A stretch of DNA of 64,000 nt from Candidatus Latescibacterota bacterium (GTDB lineage: Bacteria; Latescibacterota; UBA2968; GCA-2709665): positions 2,528,001 through 2,592,000 of the forward strand of contig OZ244744.1 of NCBI GenBank assembly GCA_965219455.1. Direction: 5' to 3'. Positions within the stretch are counted from its first letter, which is position 1, and each line of letters starts with the position of its first letter. Positions 8,956-18,716 of the stretch are shown here, piece by piece. Made by a program: the position numbers and the translations under genes. Under the pieces are notes generated by a model. It worked only from the letters and a program-made list of their open reading frames with translations. It searched no databases and was not told the DNA's origin.

Positions 8956-10837
8956 CCTAAAATAAGCGAGTATCGTGTGCGCCACAGTGATTTGTGTTTG
9001 TGTTGAGGCGTTGGTGTCGATTTATATGGAATTGGCGTTTTGGATGGTTTTTAGGGCCGTGTTTGTCGTGGTCGCTATGGTAAATTGAGTATCCGAAGTG
9101 GCGTTGAGACGCGTGGTGGACACACCGGTCCGTTGAGGGGTGTGGGGATGGCGCCGCGTTTGTGTGTCATCGGTGGTGCTGCATTGGTGTTATCCAAATC
9201 CGGTGCGTTCAATGATACGCCAGGTGCTGAAGAGGCGATCGAGGGTGGGTTGATAGCCGATGAGCCGTAACGTGGTGGTGCGCGCGCGTTGGATGACGTG
9301 GCAGGGAATCAAGATAATGCTGTGGATGAAGCGCCGGAATTCCATGCAGACGTACTGCTGTCGATCACGGTGTCTGTGCATCATCATGGCAAACCAGGAT
9401 TTGAGGTTCCAGGCCAGGGCGGCGATGACCATATAGGCCCAGTTGCTGACCAGGTCATACAGGGGCACGCGCAAGGCGTTGACGCCGTTTTTGAGTTGCT
9501 CGATGACGTTCTCCTGATCGCAGCGTTGGTTGGCGCAGGCGACGATCTCTTGGGGGGTCACGTCCGTGCGTGTCGTGATATAGAAGAAATAACGGCATTC
9601 GTCGAACAGGACAAGGTCGCCCTTCATTTTGCTGATGTTCTTGCGCAGGACCACGACGCGATACCCACGTTTACAGCGCGTGGGTTGGTAGTTGAACTCG
9701 GCCACGTGTTCGTGGTTCAGCACCAGGTTGGCGTAGGCCCGCTTGTGGACGATGCGCTGTTTCTCGTGGGGCTGATTGCGCTTCCGCTTCTGGTCGGTCA
9801 CGGTGTGATAACGGGGTTTGCGTTGCAGGGGCTGCCATTGTGCCTCGTCGAGGGCCTCGGCACGGGAACGCATCGCCGCGTTGGCGTCCATCCCGAAGAT
9901 GAAGTCGACGCTTTTGGCCCAGCGATCAAGATGTCGAGTCAAGAAAAAGTCGGTGTCGCCACGCACACAGATGCGCTTGGCGTGGGGCTGCACCAGGTCG
10001 ATGGCCGCGTCGATCCACTGTGCCGCACCGGTGTGGCTGGGCACATTCCCCGGTCGGTTGACCAGGAAGAGCACTTCCTTCGTGTTGGAAAGTGAGATCA
10101 CCAGCGGATGGTAGCCCCAGATGCCCTGGTAAGAGATGTCCATACCCCTCTTGCGCTTGCCATACGTGGGCACGTTTGTGCCGTCCACATCGATATAGGT
10201 GATGTCACCAAGCAATTTGCGGCCACGCGATGCCCACAAGGAGGATCGCACCGCGTTGATGCACGCCATCAGTTCGACGATGTCCCGTTCCGAGAAGCGT
10301 CGGCAAAAGTCACCCGCCGTGGTCGGATCGGGAATCAACTTGGCGCCCAGGGCATTCATGTAGGCCCCGTCACTTCGCAAACGCTCGATATCCTCCAGGC
10401 GCGTGCCGCCGCATAACACGTTGTATGTGATGTTTAGTACGTGGTCCGACTCATGATAGGGCAGATGCACCTTCAACAAGGACAGTGACGCGTCGATGCG
10501 CTTGGGCAGACCCAGCTTGGTGACCAGGCGATGCACGGCGCCGATGCCTCCGTAACTCATCGCGTCGGTGTAGGCGCCTACCTCGTAGTGCACTTTGCCA
10601 GGACTGAACATGGGCCGGCGCTGGGCCTGCCAATGCCCCGCTCGACCGTGGCGGGCGGCCACTTTGCGTTTGCGACGAGCACGATTCCTGCGGCTGTCAT
10701 CAACCGATATTCTTTTCACCGGAAAGGTCTCCTGCGTTGGAGTGATGATTTCTAGCACAATCCATCTATCTCCAACAACGGTAGGCCTTTCCGGTCTCTT
10801 GGACCAGAAAAATTTCACTGGTCACGCTTGTTTAAGG
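8956..10837 (-). mobile_element. IS1380-family insertion sequence with TCTAGT target duplication
   Basis: Ends cctaaaataagcg / cgcttgtttaagg; tctagt at 8950-8955 and 10838-10843. Confidence 0.92.
9190..10719 (-). CDS. IS1380-family DDE transposase
   Basis: IDVDGT, VRGDTDF, RCDQENVIEQLKNG motifs; GTG start after caggag. Confidence 0.92.
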   Translation of the reverse strand: MKRISVDDSRRNRARRKRKVAARHGRAGHWQAQRRPMFSPGKVHYEVGAYTDAMSYGGIGAVHRLVTKLGLPKRIDASLSLLKVHLPYHESDHVLNITYNVLCGGTRLEDIERLRSDGAYMNALGAKLIPDPTTAGDFCRRFSERDIVELMACINAVRSSLWASRGRKLLGDITYIDVDGTNVPTYGKRKRGMDISYQGIWGYHPLVISLSNTKEVLFLVNRPGNVPSHTGAAQWIDAAIDLVQPHAKRICVRGDTDFFLTRHLDRWAKSVDFIFGMDANAAMRSRAEALDEAQWQPLQRKPRYHTVTDQKRKRNQPHEKQRIVHKRAYANLVLNHEHVAEFNYQPTRCKRGYRVVVLRKNISKMKGDLVLFDECRYFFYITTRTDVTPQEIVACANQRCDQENVIEQLKNGVNALRVPLYDLVSNWAYMVIAALAWNLKSWFAMMMHRHRDRQQYVCMEFRRFIHSIILIPCHVIQRARTTTLRLIGYQPTLDRLFSTWRIIERTGFG

Positions 10838-11054
10838 TCTAGTGGCGGTCGCTGGAAAACCCGAACTTACAGCTGACTGATCATGCGGCAGAACGAGCTA
10901 CGTCCTGTTGACCGCGCAACGCCTTTTCATTTACGGAGACCAGAATAAGCGAGTAACCCGACGTGCTGCGGCTTCGGGCAGACCCCCTTCGCGCATCTGC
11001 ATTCGCGACTGGGGCGCGGAAAGAACTCAGACCGAATGGCAAGTGGAAAGTCAC

Positions 11055-11480
11055 ATGAACGCCCACGACGCGATGTCGATTCGATACCAGAGTACCCTTG
11101 AGGGAATCCGTGCCGATAATCTTGGGAGATTCTTCGAGGGTTGGCCTGATCCTCCGTCCCCGGAAGCGCAGCTTAGAATAATACAGGGCAGCGATTTCTT
11201 CGTTCTGGCTATTTCGCCGGAAGGACAGGTCGTCGGCTGGATTTCCGCCATCTCGGACGGTGTGTCCTGTGCATATATTCCTCACCTCGGTGTATTGCCC
11301 GACTACCAGGGTATGGGCATTGGGGCTGAGCTCGTCAGAAAGATGCTCAAAAAGGTTGGACATCTCTACATGATTGACCTCGTGTGCGACCGGGATGTGG
11401 CTGATTTCTACGTCAAACAAGGTTTCTCGGAGTGCGTGGGAATGGTTGTTCGGAATTTCGAGAGACAGAACTGCGAATAG
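11055..11480 (+). CDS. GNAT family N-acetyltransferase
   Basis: VLPDYQGMGIGAELV acetyl-CoA motif; FYVKQGF. Confidence 0.88.
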   Translation: MNAHDAMSIRYQSTLEGIRADNLGRFFEGWPDPPSPEAQLRIIQGSDFFVLAISPEGQVVGWISAISDGVSCAYIPHLGVLPDYQGMGIGAELVRKMLKKVGHLYMIDLVCDRDVADFYVKQGFSECVGMVVRNFERQNCE

Positions 11481-11487
11481 GGTCGAG

Positions 11488-12207
11488 ATGATTCCTCATT
11501 CCAACGATGAGATATCCGAAGAAACGGCCAGATACTATGCGGCGCGTGCTCCGGAATACGATCTTAGCGCGGGGTATCTGACTCTCGACGCAGACCCTGT
11601 CCGCGTAGCGAAAAAGAAAAGATATCAGCAGCTTTTTCGGGGGCGCGACGTACTCGAGCTTGCGTGCGGAACCGGATACTGGACGGCGGTCCTCGCAGAA
11701 ACTGCAAAGTCGGTTGTCGGAATCGACGTCAACCCGGAGATGATCTCCCGGGCTCAATCGAGGTGTAATCATTTACCGCATGTGAAATTCCGTCTGGCAG
11801 ACGCGTATTCCCTCGGCCCGGAGGCAGGCACTTACACGGCAGCGTTCGCCGTCTGGTGGTGGTCGCACATTCCCGGGTTCCGCGTTCGGGAGTTTCTGCA
11901 ATCGCTTCACCGCAGGCTGATTCCCGGTGCGCTCGTGCTGTTTTCTGACCAGCTCGAATACGACGTTCCCAGAGTTGACGGAATGGCCACGCAACGGCGC
12001 GAGGATTCCAACGGCGATACCATCGAGCGGCGTGTTCTCTCGGATGGGCGGGAGTACGATATCGTGAAGAATTTCCCGACCGAACAGGAACTTTCTGCAG
12101 CCGTCAATGGATTTGGAACGGGCATCGAGTACAGGGAGTGGCCCGGCGAGAAACATTGGGAGCTGACGTACAAGTCTGGCAAAACGCAAGATAGGGCAAA
12201 ACCCTGA
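11488..12207 (+). CDS. Class I SAM-dependent methyltransferase
   Basis: YYAARAPEYD, VLELACGTGYWT. Confidence 0.88.
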   Translation: MIPHSNDEISEETARYYAARAPEYDLSAGYLTLDADPVRVAKKKRYQQLFRGRDVLELACGTGYWTAVLAETAKSVVGIDVNPEMISRAQSRCNHLPHVKFRLADAYSLGPEAGTYTAAFAVWWWSHIPGFRVREFLQSLHRRLIPGALVLFSDQLEYDVPRVDGMATQRREDSNGDTIERRVLSDGREYDIVKNFPTEQELSAAVNGFGTGIEYREWPGEKHWELTYKSGKTQDRAKP

Positions 12208-12209
12208 AT

Positions 12210-12490
12210 AGCATCAACCAACTCCTCGAGTATTACGAGATCGCATTCTCTTTCCGCGATATTCCGCGGGAGGTAGACGTTCTGGAGGAGGCCGCCCGTC
12301 GCTTTGCAGAGATCCCTGTCAAGACCTTTCTCGAGATCGGATGCGGCAACAGCCCCCACATGGAAGAGCTGGCAGGCAGAGGCTACGATTTCATAGGAAT
12401 CGACACAAGTGACGAAATGCTCACGTACTCGAAGGAGAAAGCCAGGAAACGGGGAGCTCACGCGCGGTTTGTGAAGGCGATCATGGAAGG
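12210..12490 (+). pseudogene. Methyltransferase internal fragment, in frame with the downstream gene
   Basis: Reads YYEIAFSFRDIPREVDVLEEAARRFAEIPVKTFLEIGCGNSPHMEELAGRGYDFIGIDTSDEML; own start and C-terminus missing. Confidence 0.75.
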
Positions 12491-12548
12491 CCGTTCTCTG
12501 CGGTCTCTGCAGCAAAAAAAGACGGTACGGATTTTGGAGGTCATCGCT

Positions 12549-14807
12549 ATGATCCAGCCAAGTCACGAGTGGGTACGGCGGGCGCGCACCTTTCAGATAG
12601 AGCAATACCACCCGCCCTTCTGGCCCGACATCGACTTTGACGCGAAGCAGCTCGTCGATGTCGTGCGGAAATACCACGCCAACGCTATCTGGTTCGGCAG
12701 CGCGGGTAAATGGGCGGTCTTCCCCAATGAGTTCTTTCCCCCGCACCCTCAATTAGGTGAGCGCGACCTGCTCGCCGAGACTATCGCCGAGGCCCATGCG
12801 CGGGAGGTGCGCGTCATCGGGTACATTCCCGTGGGGCACATTATTCCCGAAGATAACATGCTGATCCATCATCCGGAGTGGATGTACCGCCCCAGCCCCG
12901 AAGGCAACGCTCCTGCCCTGAGGCACCACGGCGGCGGATTTCACCGGCACGTCTGCTTTAACACACCGTACCGAGAGGCTATCTGCGCTTTCATCGCACA
13001 AGTGGTGGACCACAACGTCGACGCGATCTACACCGATTCTGCCTGTCCTTACCATTCGCACCACACCCCGCAGTCACCCTTGTGCTACTGCGACTATTGC
13101 CTCGAGAAGTTCGATAGGCAATTCGGCTGCCCAATGCCGTATGCACCCGATCCGCACAGCCTGCCTCGGGAAGACCAGGAGATGCTGGAAGAGTGGAGCC
13201 TGCAGTACGGCAGGATCGTCGGCGATGTCTTTCTCGAATTCGCCGCCGCGACGCGAAAGAAGAAGGACATCCCGGTGCTGACGCACGGCCTGGGTGTGGG
13301 CAACTGGCCCGAACGCAGGATCGTGGAGGTGCACAATGGATTTCTCTACGAGGCCGGAGGCGACTTCCTTCATCGGCTCGAAGCGGCCAGTCTGGCCGAG
13401 TCGTCGGGTTGGGCTATGTGGCAATACGTCGGCGCCTTGACGGGCTGGTCGCGGACGCAGTGCTTCGGCATGGAACTCGTCGAGGAAGCGGCAGCCAGCT
13501 TTGCTTCCGGAGGGGGCGTCCTGGTGGCGTGCGGCGTGAACCTTTGGCTGTCGCCTCCCCACAAAGCCAATCGTGAGCTGGTGGAGCTCCTTGAGATCCT
13601 GGAGACGAATGAATCACTCTTCGAAGATCTCCACCCGTCACCGTTTGTTGCTATTCCATTTGTTTTGCCAGTGCGGGTGTATGAGATGCTCGAGCGGGTG
13701 CGGTTCCGCGCCGAGCCCCTGGTGATGCGCGATCGTCCGCGCGATGTCATCGGCCAGTTCAAGCAGGACCTCGCCGACCGTCCGGGGGAACTCGAGGCCC
13801 CGCTCTCCGAGGCGGGCTATCTCGTGCGCACGCCCCCGCAGCAATCCTGCCGTCGCGGGGCTTTCTCGACCATGCTGGCCAACCATTTGCCGACATCGGT
13901 GATCGAGGAGCGGGTTCTCTCCGATCCAGCGGCGTTGGCAAAGTATCCTGTTCTGTTTCTGCCCAACGTCGGCCATCTCACGCGGGAGGAAGTCGAGGGC
14001 ATCACGGAATATGTGAAGGTGGGCGGGCGGCTCCTGGCAACGTACCGGACGAGCCTGTACGGTGCCGAGCCCGAGGAGATGCGCGATAACTTCGCCTTGG
14101 CGGACCTTCTGGGCGTGGACCGCGTGGACCCGAACCCCGACCAATTCGCTGATTACGAACAACACCTCTGGGCCGCGGGGACGTTCGACACGTACGGTCG
14201 CTGCGTTCCGGGTCAATGGCTGGCCGAGGGGTGCTCGCATGAGCTGTGGCCGCTCAATCGGTTCGAGTTCGTCCAAGCGCGGCCGGGAACCGACGTGGTG
14301 GCGAACATCGTCTTCGGCGGGCGCGAGGACGACGCTCTGTGTCCCGCCGTCACCTGCCGGACGGTTGGCAAGGGCCGCGTCGTCTATCTGGCCGCGCCGG
14401 TGGAGGAGCTTCATTTCGAATATCGCCTGCTGGTGGTCCGCGATCTTCTGGGCGCCGTGGTGGATTGGCTCTACCCGGAGGGCCGGCCTCTGATGACCGA
14501 TGGCCCGAACCAACTCGTGATGATTCCGAATGAGAAACCGGGAAGCCAAGTGTTGTTTCTGATCAATCACACCGGCGAGCGCGTCGAGCATCTGCCGGGG
14601 ATCTGGCCGCGCTTCAGCCCACAGTTTGACTATGTGACCACGATACCCGAAGTGAACCTGCGCTGGCAGCTCACGGAGCGGGGCACTCCTCGTCGCGTGT
14701 GGGACGTTTGCACGGGAGATGACCTGGAGGTCACGTTCGACGGAAACCACTTGGAAACCATATTAACGAACATTGGACAGTACGCGATGATTGCCGCTGA
14801 GTTCTGA
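12549..14807 (+). CDS. GHL6-like glycoside hydrolase with beta-galactosidase trimerisation/GATase-like domain
   Basis: RDLLAETIAEAHAREVRVIGY, CYCDYC, KYPVLFLPN..EYVKVGGRLLATY; RBS ggagg. Confidence 0.8.
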   Translation: MIQPSHEWVRRARTFQIEQYHPPFWPDIDFDAKQLVDVVRKYHANAIWFGSAGKWAVFPNEFFPPHPQLGERDLLAETIAEAHAREVRVIGYIPVGHIIPEDNMLIHHPEWMYRPSPEGNAPALRHHGGGFHRHVCFNTPYREAICAFIAQVVDHNVDAIYTDSACPYHSHHTPQSPLCYCDYCLEKFDRQFGCPMPYAPDPHSLPREDQEMLEEWSLQYGRIVGDVFLEFAAATRKKKDIPVLTHGLGVGNWPERRIVEVHNGFLYEAGGDFLHRLEAASLAESSGWAMWQYVGALTGWSRTQCFGMELVEEAAASFASGGGVLVACGVNLWLSPPHKANRELVELLEILETNESLFEDLHPSPFVAIPFVLPVRVYEMLERVRFRAEPLVMRDRPRDVIGQFKQDLADRPGELEAPLSEAGYLVRTPPQQSCRRGAFSTMLANHLPTSVIEERVLSDPAALAKYPVLFLPNVGHLTREEVEGITEYVKVGGRLLATYRTSLYGAEPEEMRDNFALADLLGVDRVDPNPDQFADYEQHLWAAGTFDTYGRCVPGQWLAEGCSHELWPLNRFEFVQARPGTDVVANIVFGGREDDALCPAVTCRTVGKGRVVYLAAPVEELHFEYRLLVVRDLLGAVVDWLYPEGRPLMTDGPNQLVMIPNEKPGSQVLFLINHTGERVEHLPGIWPRFSPQFDYVTTIPEVNLRWQLTERGTPRRVWDVCTGDDLEVTFDGNHLETILTNIGQYAMIAAEF

Positions 14808-14941
14808 TTGAATCATCGACCTTGCCAGGCTGTTATCCCAACGTCCTTCCCGGAAGCGGGATCGTAAGGCCTCACCACAGAGCCACAGAGGTCGAATCTT
14901 GGAGTAGAGGGGCAGTCGAATGTCTTCTCCGAAGCACCGGC

Positions 14942-15043
14942 TGCTAACAGGTCCACTTGCGCTTCGGTCGCTTACGCTCCCTTCGGCCTGACGGCAACCC
15001 GCCCAAGAGCGGGGCGGGTTCGCAAGTCGCCAGACCGTTATGG
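14942..15043 (+). other. Solitary, degenerate integron attC-like site
   Basis: tgctaac ... acttgcg ... internal hairpin ... cgcaagt ... gttatgg; R''/L''/L'/R' layout. Confidence 0.55.
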
Positions 15044-15234
15044 GCCATGCCAGCCTTCCTCCAAAAGCAGGCGGCCGTCCTGGCCGCCCAAGAGAATCTC
15101 ACTACGTTCTTCAGTAGCGGAAATTTCGCTTGAAGAACTTGATTAAGATATGTAGATTTATAGCAGGTCAATAGGTGACCAATCGCAGCAGGATTGAACC
15201 GTCTTTACCATATTAAAAACAATTATGATATATA

Positions 15235-15720
15235 ATGATCCCTAAGGTCTACATCGAGACATCTATTCCCAGTTTCTATTACGAAACACGTACAGAACCC
15301 GAGATGGCTGCAAAGCGGACTTGGACACGCCAATGGTGGGACGAACGGCGTTAGGGTTATGAGATTTTCACCAGTGAAGCGGTTATCGATGAACTCAGTG
15401 TAGGAGAGTATCCTAACAAGGACCGAGTATTGGCCCTGGTTGCTCCTTTGCCACTGCTGCCAATTGAACCAGAAATCGCTGAGATTGTAGAAGCATATAT
15501 CCAACACCAGATGATGCCTAATGATCCCCTGGGCGATGCACTCCATCTTGCTACAGCCTCTTATCATAAGTGTGAATTTTTGCTCACATGGAATTGCAAT
15601 CATCTGGCTAACGCGAATAAGTTTGCCCACATCAAGCGAGTCAACACTATTCTTGGCTTATATGTGCCCACGTTGGTGACTCCGCTGGAACTCCTGGGGG
15701 GTATTGAAGATGAAAGATGA
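15235..15720 (+). pseudogene. PIN-domain (VapC-like) toxin with internal TAG (15352-15354)
   Basis: MIPKVYIETSIPSFYYE..WWDERR*GYEIFTSEAVIDEL..DALHLATAS..LLTWNCNHLAN. Confidence 0.85.
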
Positions 15721-15880
15721 TCCGACCATTCGTAGGATTCGTGAAGTGCGTCATAGGATTTCGGAGCAATGTGATCACGACCCAAAGAAATTGGTGGCGT
15801 ATTACATAAGACGCCAGAAAGAGCATCCTGAAAAGCTGGTGCGGAAAAGTAGAGAAGAATCGGTGAAACAGGAGACATAA
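15710..15880 (+). CDS. Small protein coupled to PIN gene (putative antitoxin)
   Basis: 56 aa MKDDPTIRRIREVRHRISEQCDHDPKKLVAYY overlapping the PIN stop; not in ORF track. Confidence 0.7.
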   Translation: MKDDPTIRRIREVRHRISEQCDHDPKKLVAYYIRRQKEHPEKLVRKSREESVKQET

Positions 15881-16091
15881 TCCCTCGTTCTTCTTTCAAG
15901 ATTTCCGCTGAATAATTCATTTAGCGGGAATTCTGTTTCAGCGACAAAGCGGGCTTACCGAACCATTTCGTTCCGATGATTGTCACATCCCACTAACAAA
16001 CTCAAATCGCAAATGCGACGATCTGTGAGAGAAAGGGTTGCCTCATGACCGAAACGGAAAAATACCTCTTCGATGTCCACGGAGCGGGTCC

Positions 16092-17624
16092 ATGGCGCTG
16101 ATGACCGAGGAGCAGAGGTGGGCCTTCGAGCTCGACGGCTATATCCTCCTCCCGAGCCTGCTCGGCGCGCCGGCAGCGGCGCACGCCACACCCGCCGCTC
16201 TGGCTGAGCATCCGGACTTGCTGGCTGCGATTGATCAGCTAGCTGGCGGGGAGTTACCACTGTGGCACCGCGCTGCGTACGACGGTACTGAAGGGAAGGA
16301 ACAGGAGTTCCACACGATCAAGTTTGAGCTGGACCGGCCGTCGCGCCGCCTGACCAAAGAGGGGCAGTGGGCCAATGATCTGACGGTGGATGAGCAGCGC
16401 CGGCTGGGCTACGACACGACCAGCCGGCCCGACCGGGTGTGCGTCTGGGGGCTGCGCGCGCTGTGGGCCGTGGGCGACAGCTGCGTGGTGGTGTGCCCCG
16501 CGTCGCACAAAGCCAACGTCCAGCCGCCCCCGAGCATGGCGCGCGCCGAGGAGCTCGGGGCGACGGAGCGCGTGCAGCTCCGCGCTGGCGACTGTCTGCT
16601 CGCGGTTGCCACCACGCTGGTCGGCGCCGCCCCAGGCTCCTCGCTGCAGGAGTGCATCTTTTGCGACGACTCCCGCTACCCTGGGGGGGCCTTCGGCCAC
16701 GGCGCGACGGGTGTGGACAGCTGGCTGGATGAGCTCACGCCGGCGCGCCGAGCGCTGGTGGCCGGCCCACCACGCGGCCTCGGCCACGACGGCCAGCCCC
16801 TCAGCAACGAGCAGCAGCTGGCGCCGTCGCTGCTGGACGTCAACACGCGGCCTGACGCTCCGAACCACGAGGAGGTCTGGTTCTGGGACCTAAGAGGCTA
16901 CCTGGTGCTGCCTGGCGTGATGGACCGCGAGTGGTTAGCGCAGTGCAATGCAGCGCTCGACTCGCCCTTCGCCGAAGCCAACCGTCGGCCGGTGGGCTTT
17001 TCGAGCAGTGTCGTGGGCGAGTACCCGGACTACGAGGGCTGTTCGCAGACTATTGCCCCGGCCCCGGGCACGCGCTGCACCGAAGAGCGCGTCTCGCAGA
17101 CCTGGACCCATCCCCCACCCTTCAGCGACGGCTTTCGACGCATGATCGACAATCCGCTCGTGAACGCGCGGCTGAAGTGGATGATCGACCCGGGCTTCGT
17201 CATGACGACGTGCTACACCATCGTCAGCCGCGACGGGGCGGCCGGCCAGCCCCTGCATGGCGGCTGGTTTTACGGCGCCGGCCATATCTATCATTTCCGG
17301 GACGGACAGCCTCGTACGGAGCAGGTGAACATCGGCTGGCTGCTCCAAGACGTCGAGACGGCGACGGGCGACGGCGGACTGATGTTAGTCCCCGGAAGCC
17401 ACAAAGCGCGGCTACCGCTGCCGCGCCCGAAGCAAACCAGCTGCGACCTGCCGCAGGTCAAGCATATGCAGGGGGTTGCCGGGACGGTGATCATGTACAC
17501 GGGCACGACGACGCACGGCGTGCGCAGCTGGCGCAACCCCAATCGCGAGCGGCGCTTCGTCAACACCAAAGCGGGACCTAATATACGGCGGCCGGAGCCC
17601 GAGGCGGCGCAACCGAGCCCCTGA
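16092..17624 (+). CDS. Tandem-domain PhyH-family dioxygenase
   Basis: FELDGY..PASHKAN, then FWDLRGYLVL..PLHGG..VPGSHKA..THG. Confidence 0.85.
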   Translation: MALMTEEQRWAFELDGYILLPSLLGAPAAAHATPAALAEHPDLLAAIDQLAGGELPLWHRAAYDGTEGKEQEFHTIKFELDRPSRRLTKEGQWANDLTVDEQRRLGYDTTSRPDRVCVWGLRALWAVGDSCVVVCPASHKANVQPPPSMARAEELGATERVQLRAGDCLLAVATTLVGAAPGSSLQECIFCDDSRYPGGAFGHGATGVDSWLDELTPARRALVAGPPRGLGHDGQPLSNEQQLAPSLLDVNTRPDAPNHEEVWFWDLRGYLVLPGVMDREWLAQCNAALDSPFAEANRRPVGFSSSVVGEYPDYEGCSQTIAPAPGTRCTEERVSQTWTHPPPFSDGFRRMIDNPLVNARLKWMIDPGFVMTTCYTIVSRDGAAGQPLHGGWFYGAGHIYHFRDGQPRTEQVNIGWLLQDVETATGDGGLMLVPGSHKARLPLPRPKQTSCDLPQVKHMQGVAGTVIMYTGTTTHGVRSWRNPNRERRFVNTKAGPNIRRPEPEAAQPSP

Positions 17625-17930
17625 TGACCTTTGGCGATCTATATCGCGAGAAAAGTATAGGAAATTCAAAAGCGTCGGGCTGCCCACCCAGTCGCCCCCG
17701 CTGACGCCCTGGCAAAAGGATTACCGACGGCCTTATTCATCCACTCAAGAAAACGGTAAGCACCAAGTCTATAATCTACTACCGATAACACCCCATTTAC
17801 GGTGCGGGGCATACGCCCCTTGGCCATCCGGCACCCCGCATACGCGGGGTCGTAAATAGTGAGCACGTTACACGCCAGCAGAACCCGACATCACCACCTG
17901 ACCCTTGGTAGACACTCAAGGACACGGTCA

Positions 17931-18527
17931 ATGGCAGATGAGCCGCTCAAGGTAGCGGAAAACTTAAAAGCAGAGGCGAATGTCCTAATCTCCGATTACG
18001 GACTTGGTAGAGTCCTAAGCTCTTTCGGAGATGTCTGGTACCGGGGCAGCTACGAAATGAACACGATGGTATGGCCTGACTTGGACATCCACATGGTCAT
18101 GGTACCGGATCCCTGGTCGGTCGGGCGCTTCTTTGAGCTTGGAACGCAGCTCGTCTCACTAGGGAACGTCCTGACAATGAGCTTTCACGACTGTGCTCAC
18201 TTTCCCAGAGATGGACAGCCCGGCGGACTTCACTGGACTTGGAGGGCGGACAATCGAGACGGGGGGATTCCCTGGAAAGTCGATCTCTGGTCAACCAAGG
18301 CCGAGGTGCTGGGGCAGGACAGAGTACAGATGGAGACAGTAAGAGAGAGAATGACCGAGAAAGACAGAAGGAAGATCATTGAGATCAAGCATTCCCTCCT
18401 AACAACGGAGGGAAGGACGCCCGACTCAAGCGGCAGACATGTCTACAACGCGGTCATCTTCGAGGGCCTTGAAACTCGAGATGAGATTGTTGAGTACCTG
18501 CGGGAACAGGGAATAAAGAACGTCTGA
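17931..18527 (+). CDS. Putative pol-beta-fold nucleotidyltransferase
   Basis: GSYEMNTMVWPDLDI (GS..DxD) and WKVDLW. Confidence 0.6.
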   Translation: MADEPLKVAENLKAEANVLISDYGLGRVLSSFGDVWYRGSYEMNTMVWPDLDIHMVMVPDPWSVGRFFELGTQLVSLGNVLTMSFHDCAHFPRDGQPGGLHWTWRADNRDGGIPWKVDLWSTKAEVLGQDRVQMETVRERMTEKDRRKIIEIKHSLLTTEGRTPDSSGRHVYNAVIFEGLETRDEIVEYLREQGIKNV

Positions 18528-18716
18528 ATGCCGACCAGATTGACGAGCTTCTGGCTATCGACGACGTGTCGCGTCCACCGGGCCACGGCAACGTGTAACA
18601 CGACCGTGTTCGGCCCAGACCATTCGCCCCTTCGCGCAATTGCCTTTGCCAGTTCGCGCACGGAGGGAACGTTTGCAGCACGGCAGCCGAGGGATGATGA
18701 GCGAATCGGAGAGTTG

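Noticed and set aside
17640-17860. Hairpin-rich intergenic segment as group II intron remnant
   Set aside because: No convincing domain V consensus on either strand
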